DNA from: Vicugna vicugna | Lineage: Eukaryota | Reading direction: 5' to 3' | Assembly (NCBI GenBank): GCA_013265495.1 | Contig: MU058716.1 | Location: 254,264 to 318,263, forward strand | Length of the DNA: 64,000 bases | In this document: positions 1-14,940 of the stretch, in pieces | Position numbering within the stretch: position 1 is the stretch's first letter | Layout of the letters: every line of letters starts with the position of its first letter | The notes under the pieces: generated by a model | Databases searched by the model: none | The model's input: the letters and a program-made list of their open reading frames with translations, nothing else | What the model was told of the DNA's origin: nothing | Position numbers and translations under genes: made by a program

Positions 1-912
1 GTACTCACGTGTCCTGGATGGTGTTTATAGAAGCAGGTTTTCTTTCACTGTTGGTTTCCACCTCTTGGTGAATCTCTGTCTTTATTTTCAACCTTTTAGC
101 TGTCTCTTCATATCCTGTATAAGGTCTTACAAAAACCTAGAATTAAAAAGGGAAATGGTAAATTTAAAAGCCCATTAGAAACTCTTTGTGAATCGCAGCA
201 ATATGTTTTTTTGGATCTAACACCTAGAGTAACGGAAATAAAAGCAAAAATAAGCAAATGGGACCTAATTAAATTTAAAAGCTTTTGCACAGCAAAGGAA
301 ACTATCGACAAAGCAAAAAAAAAAAAAAAACCCCTACAGAATGGGAGAAAATATTTGCAAATGATGTGACTGACAAGGGCTTAATTTCCAGAATATACAA
401 ACAGCTCATACAGCCAACCCAGTGTCTAATTAATTAATTAATTAATTAACTCAATAAAAAAAATAACCCAACATAAATAGACCTTTCTCCAAAGAAGGCA
501 CACAGACGGCCAACAGGCACGTGAAAAGATGCCCAACATTGTTAATTATTAGAGCGATGCAAATTGAAACTGCAGTGAGGTATCACCTTGCACCAGTCAG
601 AATGGCCGTCATCAAAAGTCTACAAATGGCCAATGCTGGAGAGGGTGTGGAGAAAAGGGAGCCCTCCTACACTGCTGGTGGGAGTGTAAATTGGTCACTA
701 TGGAGAACAGTATGGAGGTTCCGCAAAAAAGCTAGAAGTACGGGTACCATATGATCCAGCAATCCCACTCCTGGGCATGTATCTGGAGAAGACTCTAATT
801 TGAAAAGATGCATGTACCCCAGTGTTCACAGCAGCACTGTTTACAGTAGCCAAGACATGGAAACAACCTAAATGTCCATCGACAGATGAATGGATAAAGA
901 AGTTGTGGGATG

Positions 913-916
<4 letters not shown>

Positions 917-948
<32 letters not shown>
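917..948. repeat. (TG)16 microsatellite inside L1
   Basis: Read directly. Confidence 0.95.
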
Positions 949-952
<4 letters not shown>

Positions 953-1176
953 TATATATCTATACATACATATGTATAAAATGGAATATTGATCATAAAA
1001 ACAATGAAATAATGCCATTTGTGGCAATATGGATGGACCTAGAGATTATCACATTAAATGAAGCCAGTTAGAGAAAGGCAAATATATATGTCACTTATAT
1101 GTGGAATCTTAAAAAAATGATACAAATGAAATTATTACAAAACAGAGACAGACTCACAGACATAGAAAACAAACTT

Positions 1177-1286
1177 TTTAAAAAAATTAATTGTAGTTTT
1201 TATTGGAATATAGTCAGTTACAATGTGTCAGTTCCCGGTGTACAGCACAATGTCCCAGTCATGCATATACATACATATATTTGTTT
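1177..1286 (-). mobile_element. Short 5'-truncated L1 3' end nested antisense in the older L1
   Basis: T-rich tail, then tagtcagttacaatgtgtcagtt...ggtgtacagc; TSD atagaaaac(a/g)aactt at 1162-1176 and 1287-1301. Confidence 0.75.
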
Positions 1287-1744
1287 ATAGAAAACGAACT
1301 TATGGTTACCAAAGGGGAAGGGAATTGGGGGAGGGATAAGTTAGGAGTTTGGGATGAACCGATACACATTACTATGTATAAAATCAGTAAACAACAAGGA
1401 CCTGCTATGTAGCACAAGGAATTATATTCAATATCTTGGAATAACCTAAAATGGAAAAGAATCTGGAAAAGAACAGGCATATGTATATAACTGAATCACT
1501 TTGCTGTACAACTGAAGCTAACACTGTAAACCAATTATACTTCATTTAAAAAAAAGAAGACCTCTGTGAGCAGTTATTTGGGTTCAGGTGCCAGATACGT
1601 GAGGACAGCATCACAGACTGGACATGAGTGTGAACAGCAAATGAATTTTGCAATGTTTCACTCTATGCAGCATTTTAAACTTATTTTGGATGACTGGTCT
1701 TATCAGGAACTGGATGAGATCATTTCTTGTTTGGTCTAGAAACT

Positions 1745-1870
1745 TGACTACTTTTTATTAGCTCTGTGACCACGGGCAGTTCATGTAACCTGCGTTGTGG
1801 ACTGAGCTCTGAGTTTCCTTTCATCTGTACAGTGGAGGGACAATAACATGGTCTTTGTGATAATGTGTCT
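1745..1870 (+). mobile_element. MIR SINE remnant
   Basis: ctgtgaccacgggcagtt...tgagtttcctttcatctgtacagtggagggacaataa resembles the MIR core. Confidence 0.6.
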
Positions 1871-1994
1871 AACCCTGCGCATGGCTAGGAGCAGGTAGTG
1901 GTCCGGAAGTAGAGCACAGCCGATCATGTGATACTTTCCTTGTAACATTTGAAGGAAATGATCTACCCTTCTCTTTTTTAGTTTTCCAAAGCCT

Positions 1995-2840
1995 ACTTTA
2001 TTTTGTTTTTATTGAAATATAGTTGATGTACAATATTTTTAGTTTCAGGTGCACTGCATAGTGACTCAGCGTTTACACATTATGAAATTATCACATTAAG
2101 ACTCAACAACCGTCTGTCCTCAAACAAAGCTATTACGAAATTACTAACTGTATTCCTTATGCTGTACCTTACATTCCCTGTGACTTATTTATTTTCTAAC
2201 TGGGGGTTTGTACCTCTTAATCCCCTTACGTTTTTGGACCTCCATTCCACACCCCTCCCCTCTGGCAACCACCTCTTTGTTTTCTGTATCTATGAGTCCA
2301 TTTTTTGTTTTGCTTGTTCGTTTGTTTTTTAGATTCTGCATATACGTAAGATCATGAGATTATTGTCATTCTCTGACTTACTTCACTTAGCATATGCATC
2401 CATCCGAGTTGTTGCAAATGGCAAGGTTTCTTTCTTTCCCTGGCTGGAATGTATCTATATTCCATCACACATACACAGATGTGGTACTACCTCTTCTTTA
2501 TCCATTAACACAAGTTGCTTTCCTGTCTTGGCTGTTGTAAACAATACTGCTGTGAACGCTGGGATGCATATCTCTTTTTGAATTAGTGTTCTCTTTTTAT
2601 TTGGGTAAATGCCCAGAAGTAGAATTGCTGGCTCATATGGTAATTCTGTTTTTAATTTTGGAGGGACCACTGTGTTTTCTATAGTGTTTTCCTGAGGGGC
2701 TGCACTGGTTTACGTTCCCAGCAGCGGTGCACAAGGGTTCCCTTTTCTCCACATCCTCACCAGCACTTGCTGTTTCTTAACTTTTGATGATAGCCATTCT
2801 GACAGGTGTGAGGTGATACTTCATTCTGGTTTTGACTTGT
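1995..2840 (-). mobile_element. LINE-1 3' end, antisense
   Basis: tttattgaaatatagttgatgtacaatatt...ccacatcctcaccagcac...ctgacaggtgtgaggtgata. Confidence 0.88.
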
Positions 2841-3189
2841 AGGAAATGCTGTATTGTTTTTATTATATATGGCAGATACACTTTAGTGTTCTAATATTGC
2901 ATTAATTAGTTCATGAAAGTTGTTTTAATAGCAGGTAGTTTAAAGTGGTCTTAAAATGTTTACTATGTTGGTTTTACAGCTAAAGTTCTGTTGTGAGCTG
3001 GTCAGCTTTAGTTATAATTGACAACTGTGTGAGGCATTTCTAATTTTATATTTTAGCATAGGTTGTATAATTTTTAAAAACTTTATTTTGGAATAATTTT
3101 AGATGTATAGAAATGTTTTAACAGTAATATAATGAGTTCTCCTTTTTTAAATTTAATGTCCTTTTTTATTTATTTTTTATTTTTTTAAT

Positions 3190-4705
3190 TTTTTTCGGAG
3201 GGGAAGCGTTTTCCCATTGAAACATATCTATCCCACAACATAATTAAGCAAAAGAGGTTTATCTAAAGCCCATTTAAATATACTAATTTTACAAACTTTT
3301 ATCTCAATTTTATCAATTCTTGTACCTTTAATTTTAATATTTATTAGATTTAATCAATAAGTCTTAATTCTAGAAGGAGTGCCAGAAGCCTTTTCCTTTT
3401 ATTTTTTGTCCATTTTATCTAATTTTATCTAAAAGTCTCTGGGATCCCTAAGTTTCAGCCAAAGGACTTAGGCCTTTGTCAGTTTTTAATTTGATTAATT
3501 TGGTCTGTTGCCCCAATCACTGATCAGTTATGTCAGTCTATATGTTTTTCCAGCCCTTTAAATATATACATTTTAAACTGGGGTAGATAAAGCGGACTTG
3601 TTTGAACTTTAATATTGGGGACCAGTAGGTGATCCCTTTGGCCTTTTTTTAACTTACTGCACTGTAGTATCAAACTCTTGTATCTTAATCCAAAATGTCC
3701 ATTTTATTTATCCCATTCAAAATAACCATATAAAAATATTTATCCATTTGGGATAAGTCCCTTATTTCTGCTTGTTAAGAAAAATCTTTTGACATTTTTT
3801 ACATTCCTTTTTCCAGTTACTCAACGTAAGTAACATTAATTATTATAATGATTTTATTAGCATCTCTCAAACCCATTGAGGGGAAAGGGAAAGCACAAAT
3901 GTAGCTTTTCAAACCTTTTTTTTTTTAACTAAGTTCTTAGGTTAAACATTAGATATATTTTTCCACCTTTAAAATTGATTGATTTTGATAGATACCAATA
4001 CAACAGCTGTTTATAATGAGAGCTCTCTGAACTTTCACCAATTTAGAAGTTTCTCCAAATTAAAGGATCCATCATATGGCCATCAATTAAATAATGTATA
4101 TATGTGTGTGTGTGTGTATATATATATATAAATATATATGTGTGTGTGTATATATATAGTGATTTTAAAGCAATAAGAGGCTTTTCCACATGAGAGTGGG
4201 GTGTGTCACATAGATAAAATTCAGAGGTTTACTCCCCAAAAGGTAAAGACCTTTGTGGTCCAGGCTGTTGCAACAAAGGTTAAGATGGCCAATTTCCTGA
4301 AGATTGGTACAATCAAAGAATTGTTGAGAATCCCAATATATTTGCTTGGCCGCCATATGTACATAATACTTGTACCTTTTGGATGGCAGAGTCCAAGTTT
4401 TCTTTAAGAAAGAAAGACAGGAAACACATATGATGCAGGAAAACGGACGTAGGGTGTAAGGAGGGCTGAGTCCCAGGTCTCGGTTGAGCCCCTGGGGCAT
4501 GCCTCGCCAAGTGTGGGTCCTTGGCTTCGCACAGGAAAGAATTCAAGTGCGAGCCACCGTTGAGTAAAGGTAGATTTATTTAGAGAGATACACACTGCAT
4601 ACGATGTAAGGTAAGAGAAAGGCAAGGAAAGAGGTGTGGGAATTGGGTGCTCAGGTTAAAGTAAAAGTAGATACACACCCCATGGAGAGAGAGCGCAAAG
4701 GGCCT
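3190..4705 (-). mobile_element. ERV1-like fragment: partial LTR (about 4430-4705) plus AT-rich internal sequence
   Basis: Minus strand ctctctaaataaatctacc...ttgaattctttcctgtgcgaagccaaggaccc resembles the R/U5 region of MER4/LTR39-like LTRs; no intact PBS or ORF. Confidence 0.55.
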
Positions 4706-4711
4706 TAATGT

Positions 4712-4942
4712 CCTTTTTTAAATTTATTTTACTGAAGTATAGTCAGTTTACAGTGTTGTCAGTTTCTGGTGTACAGCATCGTATTTCAGTCCTACATGTA
4801 CATACGTATATTCCTTTTCATATTCTTTTTCATGATAGATTACTGCAAGATACTGGATACAGTTCCCTGTGCTGTACAGAAGAATGCTGTTGTCTGTTTT
4901 ATATATAGTAGTTAGTATCTCCAAACCTCCAGCTCCCAATTT
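4712..4942 (-). mobile_element. Truncated lineage-specific L1 3' end
   Basis: ttttactgaagtatagtcagtttacagtgttg...atacagttccctgtgctgtacag. Confidence 0.8.
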
Positions 4943-5049
4943 GTAAATAATACTTCTGTGAACATCCTTGTAGCTAATTTATTCTGCTGTTACCACAATT
5001 TTTATAGGATAAATTCCCACACATGGAATTGCTGGGTGATAGGTCATGA

Positions 5050-5538
<489 letters not shown>

Positions 5539-7004
5539 TAGTGTGGGTCACATGGGTGACTGGGGGCCCAGGTGGTGTGTGGAAACTTACTCTGTGAAAA
5601 CTGAAAGCTGTGTTTGACTGCTGGACAGCATAGCTCCATTTCCTCAGTTGTCTGGGACCACATCTCGACAGATCCGAAGGGGAACTTTGGCTTGGATGAA
5701 ACTTAGCAAAGTAAATCCACCCCCCACCCCGAGCGCCCCCCCCTTGACTCTAGGATGCAGCACTTACATTCAGGGGGTGCTGGTGGCTTTCTCTCGGGCT
5801 CTCCTGCCCGCCCCTCTCTAGGCGCCACCAGCTGCCCACATGTCAGAATGCCTTGTGGTTCATTCTCCCTGCCTTAGCCCGTGCCCTTCTGTCTGGATTG
5901 CTTTTCTTCCTTTCCCTGAATGACTGATTCTGATGTGTTCTCCTTGGTCCCCGCTTTGAGCTCCCCTCTCCCCACCTCTGGCCACTGCCTCCATCTCTGG
6001 TGTTAACGCCACTCCTGTGGTTCCCGTGGATTCTGGGCTGGCCCTCTCTGGCTCCTTCCCAGAGATCATGGAAATAGGTCCCGAGGTGCAAAAGGCAGAG
6101 ACCGTTTGTTGAAGATAGTGGGTAGGTAAGGATAGTGCCGCTAAGCACCGGGGCCTTCACGCCTGGACCTGGGTGTCCGCTCTGAAAGCGACCGTGGCCT
6201 GTGCTGGCCGCAGTGATAGGTATGTGCTGTGCGTGTGGCTTGCGCCACAGGGGGACCCCTGCCTCAGTCTCTTGCTGGGTCTCAAAGCATCACCTGCACA
6301 GTTACGTGCTGCTTTGCAGGAAGCCACCCTAGGGCCAAGGCATAGTTGCCGAGGCATGTCTGTCCTTTGCTTTCCTGGTTCCTGTTCTCTTTGGTTTTTG
6401 TAACAGCACTGGCCTTGACTCACTGTCAGTTGTCTGTGTCAGAAACTGGAGCTGACTTCTAAATGGCCAGTACCTTTTATTTCTTCTTACAAGAGCAAAA
6501 TGTAATAAAGCCAGAAACCAGCAGTTACAGACAAGGGCAGCATTTGGCTTATTACATTGAACAGTGTTTGCTGATCATGAAACATCCTAGCATTTCATTT
6601 TTTCCCCCATCCTGCAAAGTGAGTAGTCATAGATAGAGCTTTAAGAATTCCTTAGCTCAGTAGCGGAGTGGATTTGGGGCAGAGTGACAGCATTGCATGC
6701 CATCGCCACTGCAGAGAAACTGGGGCCGCAGGTGCACAGGTGGCAGAGGGAGCACGGACTCCGTGTCAGGCAGCAGGTCCCCCGTCCGCTGAGACGTGTC
6801 ACTAAAGACTCAGCATGTTCTGCTCTTTCTTGGTTTCCGGGACTCCTGTTCTCTTGGCTCTCCTGTGCCTTTCTTTACCACAGTCAGTTTGGTGCTGTTT
6901 ACATTAATACCATGAAATCGGTACCATTAATGAGCATTCATTAAGTTCTGCAGTACGTGTGATATACATGCATGTGTGTGTGCATGTAGAGCCATGTGAG
7001 GTAG

Positions 7005-7125
7005 TTAGTGTCTCCGTTTTTACAGCTGAGGAAGACTAAGGGTCAGGGAGGTTAAATGACTTTGCTCAAGGTCACCGAGCTGAGAAAATCATGAGGCTAG
7101 GATTTAAACCCAGGTCAGCCTGATG
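7005..7125 (-). mobile_element. MIR SINE
   Basis: ttttacagctgaggaagactaagggtcagggaggttaaatgactttgctcaaggtcac is the reverse complement of the MIR core. Confidence 0.75.
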
Positions 7126-8459
7126 AAGTCCACGTAACTTCATCCTTCCTACTCTCATTCTGGACTCGTGCTTCCAGGCACTTATGTGGGTTCTGTTTAG
7201 TCTCCACCTTCTTTCTGAGATCTCAATTGGTTACTCCTAGTTTTAGCTATAGCCTGCACGTGGGTAAGCACCCGGCTTTATCCCAGGTGTGTAAGTTAGG
7301 AGGAGTGAGCTTCCCTGCACCTCCAGGGTGCTCTGTGGTTGCAAGGAGCTCCTGCCGATGTTCAGGGAGCTTGTTGTCTTGGGGACACACTGCCTGCATG
7401 ATTACTGATGTCAGGGAGTGGTCGTACTGGACACCAGGCAATGCACCAGGCTGTGCTAGGAGCCTCGGGTATCCTCCATGGGGGCGGATCCCTTCTACCT
7501 GAGCCCTGTTGGTCAGATCCTCCAAATGTCTCTTAAGTTTATTATTCCCTTTGCATTGCTATCATACTGTTACAGTTCAAGCTTTTCCCCATTTCTCACC
7601 TGGACTATTAGTGATCAAGTCCCCATAACCAGTCTCCAGCCTTTGATTCCTAACATACTCAGTTTAGTAAATTTCTCAAGTGCAAACTTGATCCCTGTCC
7701 AAAACCATTTACTAACTTTCCACTGTCTGCAGCAAGACTTAGAAGCACTGGGCCATGGGATTCACTGATAGAGGGTTTTGCTTCACTCCTGTGCTGGTGG
7801 CTGCATGGGACTCAGCACTGTTTCTTTGGTTATGGGGGCAGACCAAGTGGTGGACCCTTCTCACAGAAGGCAGGTGTGGCAGTAGTTAAGTGAAAACTGC
7901 TGAAATAAAGGCTGTTGTCTTTCCCTGTGGGGTAGTAGGTCATCCAGGCTGTCTCTTGTTATTAATCATGGTTTATAAGGAAATTTGTGTGAGAAAATAT
8001 AAAGGAAAATACCAGTTTTGTTTCAAAAGTGCTCTTCAGTATTATCTTTTGAGGCAATTTCTAGCCTCTTCTTTGCTTAGAATCCTTTATGAGAGGGACG
8101 TGCATTAGCATACGTGAGAGGGATTGTCATTTTCAGGGAAAACGGTGACACTTCTGCCCGACCTTTCCAGGCACTATTGTCTGTAGGATGCTGTGGACCC
8201 TGACCTGGGGTCCTGAGGGATTTAGCTTGAGAACTAAAAGCCTGGAACCCAGTAGGTGTTAGCGCGTGAACCCTACACGTAACGCAGTTTCGATAGATTA
8301 AAGTGCCTGGTCTTAGGCTTCATTCCCTTAGGCTGTAGTTCTTGAAAGTTAACATTGTTATTAATTATTACTTCGGATACTCCAAAGGGCAAGGAGTACT
8401 TATTACCCACTTTGTTGACAGGATGAATTATAAAGATACGTACACTGCATACACCTGAG

Positions 8460-8695
8460 GAGACAGTGCAGGGAGCCTGTGTGAGCAGACAAGGAGGGAG
8501 CCTTTGTGAGGCAGTGTGAGCAGGACAGTGAGAGAGCCTGTGTGAGGCAGTATGTGCAGACAGGGAGGAAGCTTGTGTGAGTACTGTGACAGGCACGGAG
8601 AGAGCCTGTGTGAGACAGTGTGAGCAGACAAGGAGGGAGCCTTTGTGAGGCAGTGTGAGCAGGACAGTGTGGGAGCCTATGTGAGGTAGTGTGAA
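8460..8695. repeat. Degenerate purine-rich minisatellite (gggagcctgtgtgaggcagtgtgagcagaca-like units)
   Basis: Repeated units; an exact ~50-bp block recurs at about 8481 and 8620. Confidence 0.8.
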
Positions 8696-11421
8696 CTATT
8701 TTTTGAATTTTTGGATTCTATTTTCTTTTATGATCTCCACATATATATGTCTTTATTTGAAAATAATTTTGCTGTTAATAAGTTAGACTATGAAATAGTA
8801 CGATCAGAAATTAGGATTGGTGTCTGTATCAAAATGAAAAATTGCCCTGCTTACACTTTAAACTATATCTATAAATTATTTTAAATGTTGTCTGTCAAGC
8901 TTCTAATATCAAGAATCGTAGTCTGGAGTGAGAAGGACATAGTTATTGAAAGTTAGTTTAAATTCATCCCGTGAGGGAAGAGAGCAGTGATTTGTCCTCC
9001 AGGAGCTGTTCTGGGACAGCCGGCCGCCCAGGGCACACAGACCTGGGCAGGGACCGGTTGACTCCCTCCTGAGGACCCACGGCCAGCGGCGCTCAGGGTC
9101 ACTGAGCGCAGAGCTCTGCTGTCTGCACTCACTGTGTGAGAGTACTGGGGCTGCCGTATGTCCCGAATAGGGTGTTGATTTCCTCAAAGGAGAATTTTGT
9201 CGTGAATCAGAGATGCCAGAAATGGAAAGTAGAGACCCGTGTGGAGAATGCTGCCCGTGATCCCTGCGGGGCGTGGGCAGGTCGCCCTGTTAGTGAGGGG
9301 AGTGGCGGGAGGGAGAGGCGCTGTGAGTGTGGGAGGCGGGGGCGCCATGATGGAGCTGATGGCGGGTGAGGCCGTGATGGGCATGTAGGCTGGCTTGTTG
9401 GGATGGCGTGGTAGACTGACCAGGCAGGAGTGGTTTGGAGTCGGGGGCCCTGTGGGAAGACGCATATGTGGTGCAGTCGTGACTGTTAGGGTCCCCTCCT
9501 CAGCGCTGCTCACTGTCGATGGGCTCCATGCTTATGTTTGTACATTCTGCCTGATGGGGAAGCTCTCCAGGCAGAGACCACGTTTTCATTTTTCGTTTCT
9601 TTGTGCCTGGTGCCTTGTAGTCCCTGGCATGTCGAGCGCAGTTGGTCGATACTTGCGGAGTGTCCTGGGCCAGCTCTGCCCTTGCTGGTGAGCGGACCTT
9701 GCCGAGCCCCTCAAGCTCTCTCAGCCGCAGTTTACCTACCGTGTAACGGGGCCCCTCGGAGACCCACGTGTGCCCATGTCCTGTTGTCCGTCTTGCCGGG
9801 TTGCTTCCGTGTGGTGCGTACTTCTTTGTCCTGGCGTTCCTGGCTTTTATGGTCCAGCACCGGCTGCTTTTCCAACTTTGTGTTCTAATATTAACTGTTG
9901 CCATCCCTGCTGTCTGAAATGTTATCCATTTATACATTTCGTAATTCATCGAAGAAGCATCTTTCGAGGACTGCCTCTCTGCCTGCCGGACCAGGTCTGC
10001 GCTTTGCAGGCCTCATTTTCCAGAGAGGAGGTCGGGATGCAGAACAGGCAGATGGAGGAAGGAGCAAGGCTGTTTCACGTAGCCAGTGCTGAAAAGAGAG
10101 CAGGCGAGGTGTGTCGTAACTGTTACTTCATCAGGGGTGGGGAGTCAAGGCTAATTTGGCGAGGGGCCAGGTTGGGCGGAGGGAAGCGTGTGTGAGATGA
10201 GACCAGAATGACCAGGCCAGAGGCCAGAGGTGGGGTGCACAGTCCAGGGTCTCTTCGGGGGAGCAGCTGCTCTCCCTGCAGCTGATGCTCCCATCTCAGC
10301 CCGGGTCCCCCTTGCTCAGCAGGAGCAGGGGTTCGAAACCTGCAGGAAGTTGGGAGGCTTATGGTGAGGACGGAAGGAAAGGCTAAATGGTATTTTGAAG
10401 GGAAAAAATGATTTTGTGGCCAGCGGGCCGAAGAGTGGAGCACTGAGGTTGTAAGTCTTGGCGTCTCGAGCCTGAGTGGTGGCTGTGGGAGGGCTTGCGT
10501 GGTGGTGGTGGTGGCTGCGGGGCTTCAGAGTAAACAGCAGGACCTGTTTCCATCATCTCCTGGAATTGTCGGTGGAGTCACACAGCTGAAATTTAGTTGT
10601 TTCCGCTTTCAGTTTCATCTGCCTGTAGACGTCACGTGGGCCTTTCATTTTGATGCAGCAAACACCGAAATGTGTGTTTTAATGCAGAGATCTTGCAGGT
10701 TTTGCCTACACGCTTGTATTTGTCAATAGCTGTGTTTCCACCTTAGCAGAACCTGTCCAACGAATAGTTTTAGGTGGTGAGCATTGAAGGCGTGGTTGTG
10801 AGGTCTGGGACGGTGAAAAGTGAGTGCTGGGATGGTCCACACCCTGCTACGCATTTTGTTTAATCCTAGAATTCTCTTTTCATCTCAGTAATTCTTGGAG
10901 TCCATCAGATATTAGTCTGGTAACAGAGTAATTGTCAGTCTCTCACCTCTGCTTATATTTCTATTCTGTTTTCTTACCTCCTGATGGTGATCTTTTATTT
11001 TAAAATGAAAAGTTACATCTTTCACTGGTGATAATATATGAATTAGAGAACTTACTTGATGTCCATGTTTTAAAAATCATTTTCTGTTTATTGCAAAGTG
11101 AACTTACCTTGACTTAAGCAGAATCTGGGAGTGAACAGATTAGCTTGCAGAGGTCTGACCCTTGGACGGGAGCTGTTGAGCTGTAAGAATATTGGAAATT
11201 TTTAGAGCGAAACCTTTGAGTGTTTTTTAAGTGAGACGGGGTAGCAGGATTTTTTGCTGCTCTAGAGGTCCTATTCTTTGTCTCTTAGGGCCTTATTGAG
11301 AGTTGGGCTGATAGTTTTATCTTTTTTAATTACATTTTTAATTTGTACATGGTGAATTTCTTTTGGATGTATTACTGAACTATTCTGTAGTTAACTTATA
11401 ACCCTAAAATTATTGTTCTGA

Positions 11422-11625
<204 letters not shown>

Positions 11626-14600
11626 TAAGAGTGTTTTATATACTGAGGTGATTGGATCCAGTCCTTTTCTTGAGGACACTGAGTTGACTGTCTTAAAATC
11701 GTCAAGGTTTACAACATCCTAAATGTTAAGTAAATAAAATACTGTCATGGTTCCCTAAGACACTTCAGTGGATAAGAAGAACAGAAGAGACGTGATGAGT
11801 GTTATTTCAATAATGAAGGCAGTGGTGGGTGAAGGGCGGGACGGCCGCAGCTCCGCTGTGTGAACAGTCCCATAAAAAGTGTCAAGGCTCCTGTAGTTAA
11901 AACGTGCAAAGGACATGGACTTAAAAGAGAACCTCAGGAGAGGAAGTACAGGTTTATGGATGTAACAAGTTTACTTTAACTTTAAAAAGTAATTAAGGAA
12001 ATTCAGAGTAAACCAGTCAAGTGTGCAGCTTAAGACTCACTCAGGTTCTGGAGGCACAGTGCAAACCTAAGTATGGAAATTATAGTAATTATAGTAATAT
12101 ATCATGTGATACTGACTGTGGGAGACATACTGCAGCACGTGTCTACTCAGTAGCCAGACACTGGGGAGACAGGTGGCAGATGGTCCTTGTCCTCGTGGGG
12201 AAGCAGATGCCAAACAAGTAAAGCAATGAAGGAAGGAAACAACTAAGACGCAGCATTAGTAGAAATTTAAATTAGAATGACCCTTCTAGAAAGAAATTTA
12301 TCAGAAGTAGACTTTAAAATATTCGACACCTGCTGACCAGGTAATCCCATGTCTAGTAATCTGTACTGCAAAAATATGGGTAAAAAAGTTTACAAGTAGT
12401 CCTTGCAGTAGCAATAATGGTGACTAATGAGGAAACAGTCATATTTTCAATATCCAACAATAAAAATCATACACAGAATGTATACAATATGATTTTGTTA
12501 TAAAAGTAAGCAGATGGATAAATTAGTAGAAGATACTTCATAGAAGCATTAACAGAGGGAAAAATTGGTTTCTGAAAACATTTGGACACATTTTATGTTT
12601 AATGGGAATGAAACTGTTGGGAAGTAGGGTGCAGAGAAACAGGGCAGTGGGGAGTACCAAAGCTTCACAGGAGTTCTTCAGCTTGCAGGACTTTGAGTGT
12701 TTCACTTCGCAGTCGTCCGTCATGGCCGGCAGCGTCAGGCCCACTCCTCCTCCGGAGGGAAGCACCTTTCTGACTCTTAACTGTGCATTCTTGTATAAAT
12801 AAGCGCACATATATACACAACAGTTTCATGATCACAGTATATATAAAATCCTACTTGTATTTCTTGCCTTTTTCAAAAAACAGTAGGGATATTAAATAAT
12901 TTATCAATTATTTATTAAAACATTTCCCTTAGTTGTCAGTTTTTTGTTGTTACAAACAACACTGCATGAACATCATTGTTCACTTGTTCATCTATTAAGT
13001 ATTTTTTGAGCCCCCCTTTCCCCCTGTGCGAGGCACTGTTCTGTGTGCTGGGGACACACTGATGAGTTAAGTAGACAAAAGCATTATGGTCGTGGAGTTC
13101 CATTAGTGTATTTCTCTCCTTGTACCTGAGCAGTTTTCACGGGGTGTGTACCTGAAAGTGGGCTTCCTGGGTCAGAGCACAGCCTGAATTTTGATGGCCC
13201 TGCCCCCAGCCTTTCAAAGGGCTTTACCAGTTTGTCCTCCCACTCCAGCTATAAGATCCCATTTCTCCCATATATTATCTCCTTTTTTCCTGTTTGTGCT
13301 ATTTGAAAAGAAAGAAAAAAAAGGCAAAACCTGAAGACTGTGCCTTGTGGAAAGACAGATGCTCTTACTTATTTGTATAGAATTACCAGTGGGTCTGAAT
13401 AAAGTTATCTCAGTAGAAAGGCTGAAAACAGACTTAGGCCTCTGTGGGCTCGGTTAAGTTGGAAGCAGGAGCGATCAGTTTTTGATACTGGAATAATTTG
13501 TAGTCTGCATGAGAGAAATTTATTGGCTTTTAAAGGCTTAAATGTGAAAGGCAGAACTTGAAAACTTTCAGAAGGCAGTGTGGGAGCACACATGTCTCCT
13601 TAGAGTTGATCCTAGGAAGCGAAGGAGTTCTTTAAAAGACACGAAAAGGCAAACAATAAATGAAAAGATTGATAAATTTGAGTACATTAAAAAAAATTTT
13701 TTTTACTGTAAAAATTATAAAGAAATTAAAAAGTCAAATCACAAACTATGACAAACCACACTACGTAAAACTGTCAAGGGATTAATTTCCGCAACATACA
13801 AAGAACTCCTTGGGCTTGTTGAGAACAGGGCAGGCATTAATGGAATAACGGGCAGACGATATGAACGGGCATTTCATGGGGGAAAAAAATGGAGATACAC
13901 AAAAAAAACAAAAAGAGTCGCAGCCTAATTTCAGGAAAATGCCAGTTAAAACCGCAGGGAGATCCATTTTCCCTGCCGATGAGCAGAGTTTGACAGAGCC
14001 CGCGCCCTCTGCCTGTGCGGGTGAAGGCGGGATGACGGCTAGGCCAGCCAGTGCTGCCCTGTCCCGGCGCAGGCCGGAGCCACAGACACGCTCATCAGCA
14101 GTCACGGTGTCCTCACACCAGAGTGGGGATGGAGCAGTGCCAGCGACTGAACGATGAACCATCATTCTCTGTTTGGTTGGATTTCAGTAGCAACACTGAA
14201 ATTTAAAAAACATCCACAGAACAGCGTACAGTGTGATTTTGTGATTAAAGAAGGTGAGAAATAGTCGATTCAGAAATCCTACACAGGGACACCTACACAC
14301 TCGGTGCAGCTCCGAGGAGGAGGTGATGTAACACAGGGTGTGGTGGGACAGCCTCTGAGGGGAAATACAGAGGAGGGCGTTTGGGGCAATGGTGATGAAG
14401 TTGTGTTATTAAACTGAGTGTTTGATTATTTGTTAAATTGACTTACCCCTTTGTGTTTGTACAAGAGGTTTTATGATTCCAAACATCAGCCGCAGCCAAT
14501 CTCGTATTTAACGTGACTCCTTGGTTTTTCTTACCACCTTGGCATCTGTAGCCCTTCCTTCATCCTGGGCACTTTATAGTCAGTAAATTAAGGTTTTATA

Positions 14601-14823
14601 AAAACCAGTTACTTCTGTAACATTTCCAGTTAATGCTAAAACCTTAATTCTGTTCTTTATACAAGTCTGGTAGGATAGTCATTGTCGTAAGTGAAGAATG
14701 TATTCTCCTTACATATATTCAGTTTTCATTTGAATTTTGAAATACTGGTTATAAGTACTTTTGATGGGTATTTTCACTTTTTAAAAAAGCCTTGAACAGA
14801 TGTTAAAAACATACGCTAAGTAA

Positions 14824-14940
<117 letters not shown>

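Larger units (their letters stand above)
190..1555 (+). mobile_element. LINE-1 3' portion (decayed ORF2 end, 3' UTR, A-tail)
   Basis: Typical L1 motifs (aaatgggacctaattaaa...ttttgcacagcaaaggaaac; atggatggacctagag; ccatatgatccagcaatcccactcctggg) ending in an A-rich tail. Confidence 0.9.

Noticed and set aside
521..754. ORF resembling the L1 ORF2 C-terminus
   Set aside because: A decayed L1 fragment, not a host gene.
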